Assembly: GCA_964433095.1 (NCBI GenBank)
Contig: CAYSPW010000001.1
Location: forward strand, 4,296 to 68,295
DNA from: an uncultured Gammaproteobacteria bacterium
Lineage (GTDB): Bacteria > Patescibacteriota > Patescibacteriia > Magasanikbacterales > UBA922
Direction of reading: 5' to 3'
Length of the DNA: 64,000 nucleotides
Shown piece by piece: positions 38,116-46,904 of the stretch (its first letter is position 1; every line of letters starts with the position of its first letter). The translations under genes and the position numbers were made by a program. Below the pieces are notes generated by a model. The model was not told the DNA's origin. It was given only the letters and a program-made list of their open reading frames with translations, and did not search any database.

Positions 38116-39375
38116 TTATTTATTTTTTGTACCGATCTTTCTCAGCTTTCTCTGGTAATTAATAGCAAAACGATGTGCTTCGTCTCTCACACTAATCAAA
38201 ATTTGCTTGTTTTGATCCACCCATCTGACAAAATCTCCTTTACCGCTTCCCAGCACAACATCATTGCGCTTGCGCGTCGGACCTTTGGTTATTCCCACCA
38301 CCGGCGTTTCTACGCCGTATTGTAGCAAAACTTTTTTCGCCCGGTTTACTTGCGCTTTGCCGCCATCCACCAAAACCAAAGCCGGCGGCTTCCACTCCCG
38401 ATGCCGGAATCTTCTCACAAGCACCTCCTCCAAGCAATCCACGTCGCTTTGCCCTTGCACCGTCTTTATCTTGAACCGACGGTACTGTGATTTGAGCGGT
38501 TCGCCATGACTGAAAACCACCATGGAGCCCACCTTGCCGGACGAGCCCAAATTGGAGATATCGTAACCTTCTATTCTGGTACCATAAATCGATTCATTAT
38601 CTTGTGTGAATTCAGCGAAAAAATCTCTGTTCAAAATAGCGATATCATGAATCCGCCGCAAAGCGTTAATCTGATTTCTCAATCTGCCCGCTTCTTCAAA
38701 ATTCAACTGATCAGCCTTGCTTTTCATCTTATTTTGCAATTCCGTTATCAATCTTTTTTTATTGCCTTTTAAGAACATTACCAGAGGCCGTATCACTTTT
38801 GTCTTGTATTCAGCCGGTGATATCTCACCAACACACACACCCAGACATTGACCCATTTCATAATACAAACAAGGACGGCGTCTACCCGGACGGCAGACGG
38901 AAATATTAAACAAGCGTGAGAGTATTTTCATGGCCGCCTTGGTATTAAGTCCGGGATAAGGGCCGAAAATATGCGAATATTTCTTCAGCTGCGATTTGCT
39001 CAACCGCCGCAGCTCATGCTCCCGTATAAAAAAAACTTGCGGATAATTATCTTTGGAAATGACAATATAATTCCAGCTTTTATCATCCTTGCCCAGTACG
39101 TTGTATTTAGGCTGGTATTTTTTAATATAATCGGCCTCTTTTATCACCGCTTCCAATACCGAATCGGTTTCCAGATAATCCACTCGTTCAACTCTGTCCA
39201 GCATCTCTTCAATCGGACGGGACGAACGCTGACCGTAAAAATAGCTGCGCAGTCGTGATTTTAAAGAGGTGGCTTTTCCTACGTAAATAATTTTGCCAGT
39301 TTTATCGTAAAACAAATAAATTCCGGGGTCATTCGTGGCTTGGAAAATTTTTTCTTGTATTTTTTTCATATTCAT
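38116..39375 (-). CDS. uvrC: Excinuclease ABC subunit C (short form)
   Basis: GIY-YIG (PGIY, YVGKA..L..R), Cys cluster, UVR, RIEGYDISN, LVDGG..Q, RDEAHRFA. Confidence 0.93.
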   Translation of the reverse strand: MNMKKIQEKIFQATNDPGIYLFYDKTGKIIYVGKATSLKSRLRSYFYGQRSSRPIEEMLDRVERVDYLETDSVLEAVIKEADYIKKYQPKYNVLGKDDKSWNYIVISKDNYPQVFFIREHELRRLSKSQLKKYSHIFGPYPGLNTKAAMKILSRLFNISVCRPGRRRPCLYYEMGQCLGVCVGEISPAEYKTKVIRPLVMFLKGNKKRLITELQNKMKSKADQLNFEEAGRLRNQINALRRIHDIAILNRDFFAEFTQDNESIYGTRIEGYDISNLGSSGKVGSMVVFSHGEPLKSQYRRFKIKTVQGQSDVDCLEEVLVRRFRHREWKPPALVLVDGGKAQVNRAKKVLLQYGVETPVVGITKGPTRKRNDVVLGSGKGDFVRWVDQNKQILISVRDEAHRFAINYQRKLRKIGTKNK

Positions 39376-39500
39376 ATTAATATGTTATACTTTTTCAGAT
39401 TTTTTCTCAATCTATTCGTTCGCTTATTGACAAAATGTAGAATATTTAATATAACCAAAAAAGTTATTTTTAACGTTCTTTTCATGACGGAGGATAAAGA

Positions 39501-40652
39501 GTGGCCAACAAAATCCAAACTATCAAATACAGGCGTACTGAGCAGGATGAATTCACGGATCTGCCGGTAGTGGTGGTTCCGGATACCCGAGGAAAAGCGG
39601 TAATGGATGAAAACAGAGATTTCTATTACTATCACTTCAAGACCGAACAGTGGATAAAGGTGAGGCATGGCATTTACCATCTATACCGGGCTTTGTCTTA
39701 CATGCTGCTTGGGTATATCTATATGGAAATGCCCGCATTGGAGAAAATAATTAAACAGTGCGAACAAGCGCATTTGGGCCAAATGTTCATCAACAAGTGC
39801 CTGCCCACGAATAATCACTTGAACATGTACACACTACTTTGCTCCATGGCCGAAAGAATGAGCAAAGCCATTGACGAAAACAAACAACGGGCATGCCTGC
39901 AGCTCGCCTACTGCACCGTAAACCGACTTAGAGACTCAAAGGGAAGATTGAACAACGGGGTACTGCAATGCCGCACGGCCACGGCCAAACGCCGACTGGA
40001 AGACCGGCTCGGGACTATCGCTCAAATTCAACCCAAAATCCTCTATATTCACCAACGCATTCGGAGTATCTTGACCAATTTGGAACAGTTGCTGGTGGAA
40101 TCACGCCAGCGGCTGAAAAACTCTTATGAACAGGCTTGTCTGGCAGATAAATGGGACAAACAAAACGCGCGGTACCACTCGATCAAGCAGTCAATTGAGA
40201 TTACCAAGGATAATATATCAAGGCTCAACATCAAACCTTTTACCAAAACAAGAGCCAGACTTCTCAAGGAAAGCGACCAAGCTCTCGCGGCCATGGAGAC
40301 GGACACAACTGATCAGTTTGGTCAAATCGTGAGCAAGATGGTCAACAGCTTACGCTTAATGATTTGCCGCGGGCAAATGGAATACTCCATGATCAACCTC
40401 GGACTGGCGATCAAAAAGCCGGTTTTAATGGACGAGGATCTGCTTTTAGTGGTACAAGATCAACTGCGGCAGGCACTGGACGTCATCACCAGCGTCAATG
40501 AACAGGGTTTTGAACAGCCGGTGTGCACCGACGCTGCCGACGCCCTGATCCAAGCCGTGGATGAACTGGACTTTATAAGCTGCTATCCTCCTGATCGGAG
40601 GCGGATAAAAAAGGCTAAAGCATTACTTGATAAAGCGATCGGGATGCTTTAG
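39501..40652 (+). CDS. Hypothetical, largely alpha-helical protein
   Basis: 383-aa ORF with GTG start, GGAGG SD, upstream TTGACA-17-TATAAC and a downstream terminator. Confidence 0.75.
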   Translation: MANKIQTIKYRRTEQDEFTDLPVVVVPDTRGKAVMDENRDFYYYHFKTEQWIKVRHGIYHLYRALSYMLLGYIYMEMPALEKIIKQCEQAHLGQMFINKCLPTNNHLNMYTLLCSMAERMSKAIDENKQRACLQLAYCTVNRLRDSKGRLNNGVLQCRTATAKRRLEDRLGTIAQIQPKILYIHQRIRSILTNLEQLLVESRQRLKNSYEQACLADKWDKQNARYHSIKQSIEITKDNISRLNIKPFTKTRARLLKESDQALAAMETDTTDQFGQIVSKMVNSLRLMICRGQMEYSMINLGLAIKKPVLMDEDLLLVVQDQLRQALDVITSVNEQGFEQPVCTDAADALIQAVDELDFISCYPPDRRRIKKAKALLDKAIGML

Positions 40653-40657
40653 TCGAC

Positions 40658-40693
40658 AAACCCGAATCGATGTCATATCGGTTCGGTTTTTTT
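40658..40693 (+). terminator. Intrinsic terminator between the hypothetical gene and uvrA
   Basis: CCGAATCGAT/ATCGGTTCGG stem followed by T7. Confidence 0.75.
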
Positions 40694-43262
40694 ATTTTCT
40701 CTTTATGTATCTTTTTAAATATTTACCCGTATGACTATGGCCGTACAAAGACACTTGTTCGGGTGTGCCGACCACAACCACCTCGCCCCCTTTATCCCCC
40801 CCTTCCGGACCAAGATCAATAATCCAATCCGCGCATTTAATTACATCCAAATTATGCTCTATTACCATCACGGTGTTGCCCTTGCCCACCAAATCCTGTA
40901 AAACAAAAATCAATTTTCTGACATCGTCATAATGCAGTCCGGTAGTCGGTTCGTCCAATAAAAATAGAGTTTTGGTGGTACTTTTTTTGGCCAGTTGCTT
41001 GCTCAGCTTGATTCTTTGCGCCTCCCCGCCCGATAAAGTCTTGGCCGATTGACCCAAAGTCAGATAATCCAATCCCACCCGGCTAAGCATGGATAACTTA
41101 TCATGGATGAAAGGAATATCGGTAAAAAACTCCTTGGCTTCGGCCACGGTCATTTCCAATACGTCGGCGATATTCTTGCCGTTGTAGTGAACCTGCAGAG
41201 TTTCATTGTTAAATCTTCTACCGCCGCAAACGTCGCATACTATTTCCACGCTTGGCAAAAAATGCATTTCAATTTCCAACACCCCCCTACCTTCGCAGTT
41301 TTCACATCTGCCCATGGGGCGGTTGAAGCTGAAACGACCGGGCTTATAGCCTCTGATTCTGGCTTCTGGAGTGGCCGCGAAAATTTCCCTAATGCCCGTG
41401 TATGCACCGGTATATGTAGCCGGATTACTGCGCGGACTGCGGCCGATCGGACTTTGATCAATCTTAATGATTTTATCTAAATAATCCAGATTCAAAATTT
41501 GTTTATGCTTTCCCACTCGCTTATTAACATGATGCAACTTATTTGCCGCTGCTCGATAAAGAATATCATGCATCAGAGTGGATTTTCCCGATCCGGACAC
41601 TCCGGTCAAACAAACAAAACGCCGCAACGGAATACAAACGTCAATATTTTTTAAATTATGTTCAGACGCCCCCTTAATACTCAATTTGGGCGAGGAGTCA
41701 TCAACTTTTCTGCTCTTGTCCGGCAGTTTAATAGATTTCTCCCCGCGCAAATATTCTCCGGTCAATGATTTGGACGGACTACCGATAATTTCACACTCCG
41801 TATTTGCCTTTTTCATCTCATGATTTGCACTATACGCGGTTTTATTAAGTAGTAACTCCAACGGGCCGGAATACACTATCTTTCCGCCATGTTCTCCCGC
41901 TCCCGGTCCAATGTCCACGATCCAATCGCTCATCAAAATGGTATCCTCATCATGCTCCACCGTAATTATGGTATTGCCTTTATCGCACAATTCACGCAAT
42001 GTATTTACCAACTGATCGTTGTCCTTTTGGTGCAGACCAATGGTAGGTTCGTCAAGTACATACATCGCGCCTACCAGCTGCTGACCCACCTGCGAAGCCA
42101 GCCTGATTCTTTGCGCCTCGCCTCCGGACAAACTGCCGGCCATGCGGTTTAAGCTCAAATAATGCAGGCCGACGTTCAGCATGAATTGCAGCCTGTTATG
42201 AATTTCTTTCATGGCAGCACCGACAATCTCTTTTTGTTTTTGGTCCAATTCTTTGTCCAATTTTTTAAAAAAATCAGCTGCCCGGTCTATGGACATGGCG
42301 GTCAGCTGCCAGATATTTTTCCGGCCCACTTTAACACTAATGGCATTTTGATTCAATCTCTTTCCCCGGCATTTAGGACAAGGCTCTTCCGAGAATAATT
42401 CTTTGGTTCCCAGTCCGGTACAGTAGTCGCAATAACCATAAGGACTGTTGAAGCTGAAAAGTCTGGGTTCAATTTCCGGAAAACTGAATCCGTCTTTGGG
42501 GCAAGAATATTGAGTACTGTAAATTTCTTCTTGCTTATCCGAAAAAATTATCGTGCACAATCCATTTGACAAATCCACCGCCGTTTCCACAGCTTCGGCC
42601 AGCCTGTCCTCAGTCAAATCTGACGCGGGGATTTTATCTATTACAATATCAATATCATGTTTTTTGTTTTTACTCAGCAACAATCTTTGCTTTAAATTTT
42701 TCAACTTTCCGTCAATCCTGACCTCGGCGAAGCCTGAATTATACATATCATAAAGCATCTGATAATACTCTCCTTTACGACCTCTCACAACCGGCGATAA
42801 AATACTTAACTCGCCCTTTTTATCCTTTTTTAAATTACTTAAAATACGATCTTTTATTTGATCGGTGGTCATCTTTTCTATCTTGGCGCCGCATAACGGA
42901 CAATACGGCTGACCGATCCTGGCATACAATACCCTCAAATAATCATAGATCTCGGTCAAGGTGGCCACGGTGGAACGCGGATTAGCGCTGTGCGCCCGCT
43001 GATCAATGGAAATGGCGGGCGACAATCCGTCAATCTCATCCACGTCAGGCTTACTCATTCCACCCAAAAACTGCCTGGCATAAGCGGACAGGCTTTCAAT
43101 ATATCTTCTTTGTCCTTCGGCAAAAATGGTATCAAAAGCCAAAGAAGACTTTCCCGAACCGGACAAACCGGTAAAAACTATCATCTTGTTTCGGGGCAGT
43201 TCCAAACTGAGATTTTTCAGATTATGCTCCCTTGCCCCTTTTATTTTTATCTTATCTTCCAT
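40692..43262 (-). CDS. uvrA: Excinuclease ABC subunit A
   Basis: GAREHNLKN, GLSGSGKSS, two LSGGEAQR signatures, GVSGSGKST, zinc fingers. Confidence 0.98.
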   Translation of the reverse strand: MEDKIKIKGAREHNLKNLSLELPRNKMIVFTGLSGSGKSSLAFDTIFAEGQRRYIESLSAYARQFLGGMSKPDVDEIDGLSPAISIDQRAHSANPRSTVATLTEIYDYLRVLYARIGQPYCPLCGAKIEKMTTDQIKDRILSNLKKDKKGELSILSPVVRGRKGEYYQMLYDMYNSGFAEVRIDGKLKNLKQRLLLSKNKKHDIDIVIDKIPASDLTEDRLAEAVETAVDLSNGLCTIIFSDKQEEIYSTQYSCPKDGFSFPEIEPRLFSFNSPYGYCDYCTGLGTKELFSEEPCPKCRGKRLNQNAISVKVGRKNIWQLTAMSIDRAADFFKKLDKELDQKQKEIVGAAMKEIHNRLQFMLNVGLHYLSLNRMAGSLSGGEAQRIRLASQVGQQLVGAMYVLDEPTIGLHQKDNDQLVNTLRELCDKGNTIITVEHDEDTILMSDWIVDIGPGAGEHGGKIVYSGPLELLLNKTAYSANHEMKKANTECEIIGSPSKSLTGEYLRGEKSIKLPDKSRKVDDSSPKLSIKGASEHNLKNIDVCIPLRRFVCLTGVSGSGKSTLMHDILYRAAANKLHHVNKRVGKHKQILNLDYLDKIIKIDQSPIGRSPRSNPATYTGAYTGIREIFAATPEARIRGYKPGRFSFNRPMGRCENCEGRGVLEIEMHFLPSVEIVCDVCGGRRFNNETLQVHYNGKNIADVLEMTVAEAKEFFTDIPFIHDKLSMLSRVGLDYLTLGQSAKTLSGGEAQRIKLSKQLAKKSTTKTLFLLDEPTTGLHYDDVRKLIFVLQDLVGKGNTVMVIEHNLDVIKCADWIIDLGPEGGDKGGEVVVVGTPEQVSLYGHSHTGKYLKRYIKRK

Positions 43263-43333
43263 ACATTAAACTACAAAAAGCCCCAAATACGGGGATTTTA
43301 TACTATTTATTGACTACAAAAGAGCCAAAGGAA

Positions 43334-43362
43334 AGTATAGCCGCTTTTAAGGTATTTGTCAA
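43334..43362 (-). promoter_or_regulatory. sigma70 promoter of uvrA
   Basis: Minus strand TTGACA-17 bp-TATACT. Confidence 0.7.
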
Positions 43363-43428
43363 CAAAAACCGGATGGTATATAATATTATAACAAACTAAA
43401 TTTAATTAGTTCTTAACCCCAATTTCTT

Positions 43429-43956
43429 ATGAAAAAATTCATCGCATTCACGGGAGGGATCGCACTGTTTTTCCTTGTGGCCGGAGCCGGTTGCGCGGAT
43501 CAGTCGGCACCTGAGGCGGAAAATATTTTTGAATCCAAGCCTGCCGCCAATGAATCGGGTATTACCATGACCGATTCCGAAGGGCAGCCGGTGGAAGGAA
43601 TTGAAGTTGAAATCAATAACCAGGATGGGGAACAAGCCTCCGGCGACAACCGGCCATTATCCGTTTCCGAAGTTACCGAAGACGAATTTGCTCTTAAAGC
43701 CGAATTAATGGATGAAGGTAGTGTAAAATTAATGTGGCAAACTCCGGAAGAATTAAAGGGGGAAAATATAAGAATCTATCGCGGACCGACACCCACACCG
43801 GCACCTCCGTTAAATTTCTGGGTAAATCCCGGAATGAACGCAACCGAGTACATCTGGGCCGATCTGGAACCGAGACCCGAATATTTCAGATTATGCGTTT
43901 TTGAAGATGACGAATGCCAAATTTTCTCTGAAAGCGTGCAAATTGAAGTACGATAA
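43429..43956 (+). CDS. Putative lipoprotein with acidic linker and beta-sandwich-like C-terminus
   Basis: MKK plus hydrophobic stretch ending in the lipobox-like GAGC; TGgTATAAT upstream. Confidence 0.7.
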   Translation: MKKFIAFTGGIALFFLVAGAGCADQSAPEAENIFESKPAANESGITMTDSEGQPVEGIEVEINNQDGEQASGDNRPLSVSEVTEDEFALKAELMDEGSVKLMWQTPEELKGENIRIYRGPTPTPAPPLNFWVNPGMNATEYIWADLEPRPEYFRLCVFEDDECQIFSESVQIEVR

Positions 43957-43974
43957 ATAATAGGCAACAAAAAA

Positions 43975-44652
43975 CTAAAAAACCGCTCTACTATGATACA
44001 AGAGCGGTTTTAATTTTGCCGGCAACAAATCAGCTCCCGGCCGAGTCAGTTCCATTTGACAAAAACCTTTTAAACGCGCCAACATCTCTCTCAAGCCGAG
44101 CCCCCACAACTTGTCGCTTAATTGCAAATCTTCCGAATCGGCCGGATAACCATGGGTTCTGATTCCTTGCGCCTCGCAAAAATATATGATTCTGGGCAGG
44201 TGAAACTTTTGCGAAACTGCGATCACATAATTAAAACGATAAATATCGGCGGCGCGCGCGCAGCTGGCATATGTATTGTATCCGTGCGGATCTTGCAATA
44301 TATCCCGCTCAACCGTTCCCAAAGACAAAGCATACCGCCTCATCGGATCAATTTCATTTACCGCCACGTTGCCGTCGTCTCCGGTCATCATTATTTTATC
44401 CACCTTGCCCATTTTATACAACTCCACCGCGCGTCGCACGCGTTCGGCGGTCATTTCGGACAAAGTGCCGTCCTCATATGCTCCCCCGGCAAATACCAAT
44501 GCCACCGGCGCCGGATCCAAAGATTGTGGAGAAATATAAATATCTTGGACAAAACTCATAATATGAACATTGGCATAAACAAAAAGTCCAATGCCGAATA
44601 ACGCCAGGCTGACGGATGATATATATACTGTTTTCAAAATCGAGGCCAACAC
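43975..44652 (-). CDS. SanA/YdcF (DUF218) family protein
   Basis: ALVF.GG, R..RAVELY..GKV..I..TGD, NE...M, D..G.NT..S, SQ.FHLPR, LRE.LAR.K. Confidence 0.9.
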   Translation of the reverse strand: MLASILKTVYISSVSLALFGIGLFVYANVHIMSFVQDIYISPQSLDPAPVALVFAGGAYEDGTLSEMTAERVRRAVELYKMGKVDKIMMTGDDGNVAVNEIDPMRRYALSLGTVERDILQDPHGYNTYASCARAADIYRFNYVIAVSQKFHLPRIIYFCEAQGIRTHGYPADSEDLQLSDKLWGLGLREMLARLKGFCQMELTRPGADLLPAKLKPLLYHSRAVF

Positions 44653-44684
44653 AAAAATTATTTATATGGTTATTTTACCATTTT

Positions 44685-46772
44685 TCAGCCTTTTTTAGAA
44701 GTTTTATTTTTTGATGATTGCATTTTTTTTAACCGCGCGATTTCATCACGCAAAATGGCGGCCAGTTCAAACTCCAGATTCTCAGCCGCCTGCTTCATTT
44801 TTAATAGTTTGTCGTGGATGATTTGTCCAACCGGACGCTCGTCTCCGATCAAATCAAGTTCAAGAACTTCCCTGCCCTGGCGTTGATTAAATCCGGCTTT
44901 GGCTTTTTCCGCCGTTATGCCGAACTCTTGCAAAATATTGCGGATATTTTTTTTAATGGTCCGCGGAGTAATACCATGTTTTTGATTGTATTTAAGCTGC
45001 AACCGGCGCCTGCGACCGGTCTCGTCAATCGCTTTTTTGAGCGAACCGGTAATATTATCAGCGTAAAGCACCACCCTTCCGTTGACATTTCTCGCCGCTC
45101 TTCCAATGGTCTGAATCAAGCTGGTTTCGGAACGCAAAAAACCCTCTTTGTCCGCGTCCAGTATGGCCACCAGCGAAACCTCGGGAATATCCAATCCTTC
45201 CCTTAACAGATTAACCCCCACAATCACGTCAATCTTCCCCGCTCGCAAGTCATTTATAATCTGAATTCTTTCCAAAGTCTTAATATCGGAGTGAAGATAC
45301 TCCACTTTAATTTTTTTATTTAATAAATAATCACTTAGATCTTCGGCCATTTTTTTCGTCAAAGTGGTGACTAATGCTCGCTCGCCTTTTTTAACCTGTT
45401 CATTGATGCGCCGCAACAAATCATCCACTTGTGAATAATTCTTCTCTTTTCTTTCAGTTACCGGCCGCACAATTACCTCGGGGTCAACCAATCCGGTAGG
45501 ACGCACGATCTGTTCAACCACCCGATCACTGGTCTTTATTTCATAATCTGCCGGCGTGGCCGATACGAATACCATCTCACCAACTTTGCGTTCAAATTCT
45601 TCAAACTTCAGTGGACGATTATCACGCGCGCTCGGCAGCCTAAAACCATGTTCAACCAGAGTGTCTTTTCTGGCTTTGTCACCATTATACATTCCCCTGA
45701 TTTGCGGCACGGTCACATGCGACTCGTCTATGACAGTCAAAAAAGAACTGTCTAAATTTTTTTCCTCGGCCTTGTCCGCCCCTTTGGCACCGCGTAAAAA
45801 ATAATCAAACAGGGTGAATGGCGGTTCTCCCGGCACCCGCCCGTCAAAATGGCGCGAATAATTTTCAATGCCGCTGCAATATCCAATATTTTTTATCATT
45901 TCCAAGTCATGCTTTACCCGGCGCTTCAATCTCTCATACTCAAGCACCTTGCCTTTTTTTTTGAAATAGTCCAATTGCTCTTTTAATTCACGCTTGACGC
46001 TTTCAAAAGCTTTTTTACGTAAAGATCCGCTCACCACATAATGCTTGGCCGGAAAAATCCAAATATCTTGCTGGTCACACAACACTTTTCTGGTTACCGA
46101 ATCTATTTTTTCTATCAAGTCTATCTTTTGGCTGATCTCAAAGCGGTATATTTTTTCCTCATTTACCGGCATGATCTCAAATACTTGTCCGCGCATGCGA
46201 AAAGTGCCGCGCTCCAAGTCGGCGGTGGTGCGCTCAAACCGCATCTCAACCAACTTTTCCATCATGCCCCGCCTGTCCAATTTTTGTCCCTTTTCCAAGT
46301 GCAGCACAAACTGCTCATACTCATCCGGAGAGCCCAGCCCGTAGATGGCGGAAACCGAAGCCACTATTATAACATCACGTCGACTCAACAAAGCCTGGGT
46401 GCAGGCGTGACGCAATCTGTCTATTTCATCATTGATCTGAGCCTCTTTCTCAATATATGTATCCGTACCGGGCATATACGCTTCCGGCTGGTAATAATCG
46501 TAATAGCTGACGAAATACTCAACCGCATTGTCAGGAAAAAATTCTCTAAACTCATTGCACAGCTGCGCGGCCAAAGTTTTGTTGTGCGCGATTACCAAAG
46601 TGGGAATCTGCAGGTTCTCGATCACGTTGGCTATGGTAAAAGTTTTTCCCGATCCGGTCACCCCGAGCAAAGTTTGTCGTTCCATATCGGTGGTAAAGCC
46701 GTTTGTTAGCCGCTCTATCGCTTTCGGCTGATCGCCCGCCGGCTTGTATTTGGATTTAATCTTGAATTTCAT
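44685..46772 (-). CDS. uvrB: Excinuclease ABC subunit B
   Basis: [44 protein letters not shown]-terminal UVR. Confidence 0.98.
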   Translation of the reverse strand: MKFKIKSKYKPAGDQPKAIERLTNGFTTDMERQTLLGVTGSGKTFTIANVIENLQIPTLVIAHNKTLAAQLCNEFREFFPDNAVEYFVSYYDYYQPEAYMPGTDTYIEKEAQINDEIDRLRHACTQALLSRRDVIIVASVSAIYGLGSPDEYEQFVLHLEKGQKLDRRGMMEKLVEMRFERTTADLERGTFRMRGQVFEIMPVNEEKIYRFEISQKIDLIEKIDSVTRKVLCDQQDIWIFPAKHYVVSGSLRKKAFESVKRELKEQLDYFKKKGKVLEYERLKRRVKHDLEMIKNIGYCSGIENYSRHFDGRVPGEPPFTLFDYFLRGAKGADKAEEKNLDSSFLTVIDESHVTVPQIRGMYNGDKARKDTLVEHGFRLPSARDNRPLKFEEFERKVGEMVFVSATPADYEIKTSDRVVEQIVRPTGLVDPEVIVRPVTERKEKNYSQVDDLLRRINEQVKKGERALVTTLTKKMAEDLSDYLLNKKIKVEYLHSDIKTLERIQIINDLRAGKIDVIVGVNLLREGLDIPEVSLVAILDADKEGFLRSETSLIQTIGRAARNVNGRVVLYADNITGSLKKAIDETGRRRRLQLKYNQKHGITPRTIKKNIRNILQEFGITAEKAKAGFNQRQGREVLELDLIGDERPVGQIIHDKLLKMKQAAENLEFELAAILRDEIARLKKMQSSKNKTSKKG

Positions 46773-46805
46773 TTTTAACTAAATAAAGTTAAATTGGCAT
46801 TAAAA

Positions 46806-46834
46806 AATATATCATGCTATTAACAAGGAAGCAA
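46806..46834 (-). promoter_or_regulatory. Putative uvrB promoter
   Basis: Minus strand TTGCTT-17 bp-TATATT, with extended -10 TG. Confidence 0.55.
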
Positions 46835-46853
46835 ACGCAAAGACCTAACGCGG

Positions 46854-46862
46854 TTATCCACA
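46854..46862 (+). promoter_or_regulatory. Perfect DnaA box
   Basis: TTATCCACA between the divergent uvrB and large-RNA promoters. Confidence 0.5.
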
Positions 46863-46870
46863 GGCTGCTC

Positions 46871-46899
46871 TTTACAACATTTTCAGCACATGATATTAT
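46871..46899 (+). promoter_or_regulatory. Putative promoter of the large structured RNA
   Basis: TTTACA(46871-46876)-17 bp-TATTAT(46894-46899), with extended -10 TG. Confidence 0.65.
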
Positions 46900-46904
46900 T
46901 CCTT

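Noticed and set aside
46854-46862. Replication origin suggested by the DnaA box and long intergenic region
   Set aside because: Only one box is present, with no box cluster and no dnaA/dnaN nearby, and the gap is GC-rich and structured rather than an AT-rich unwinding element.
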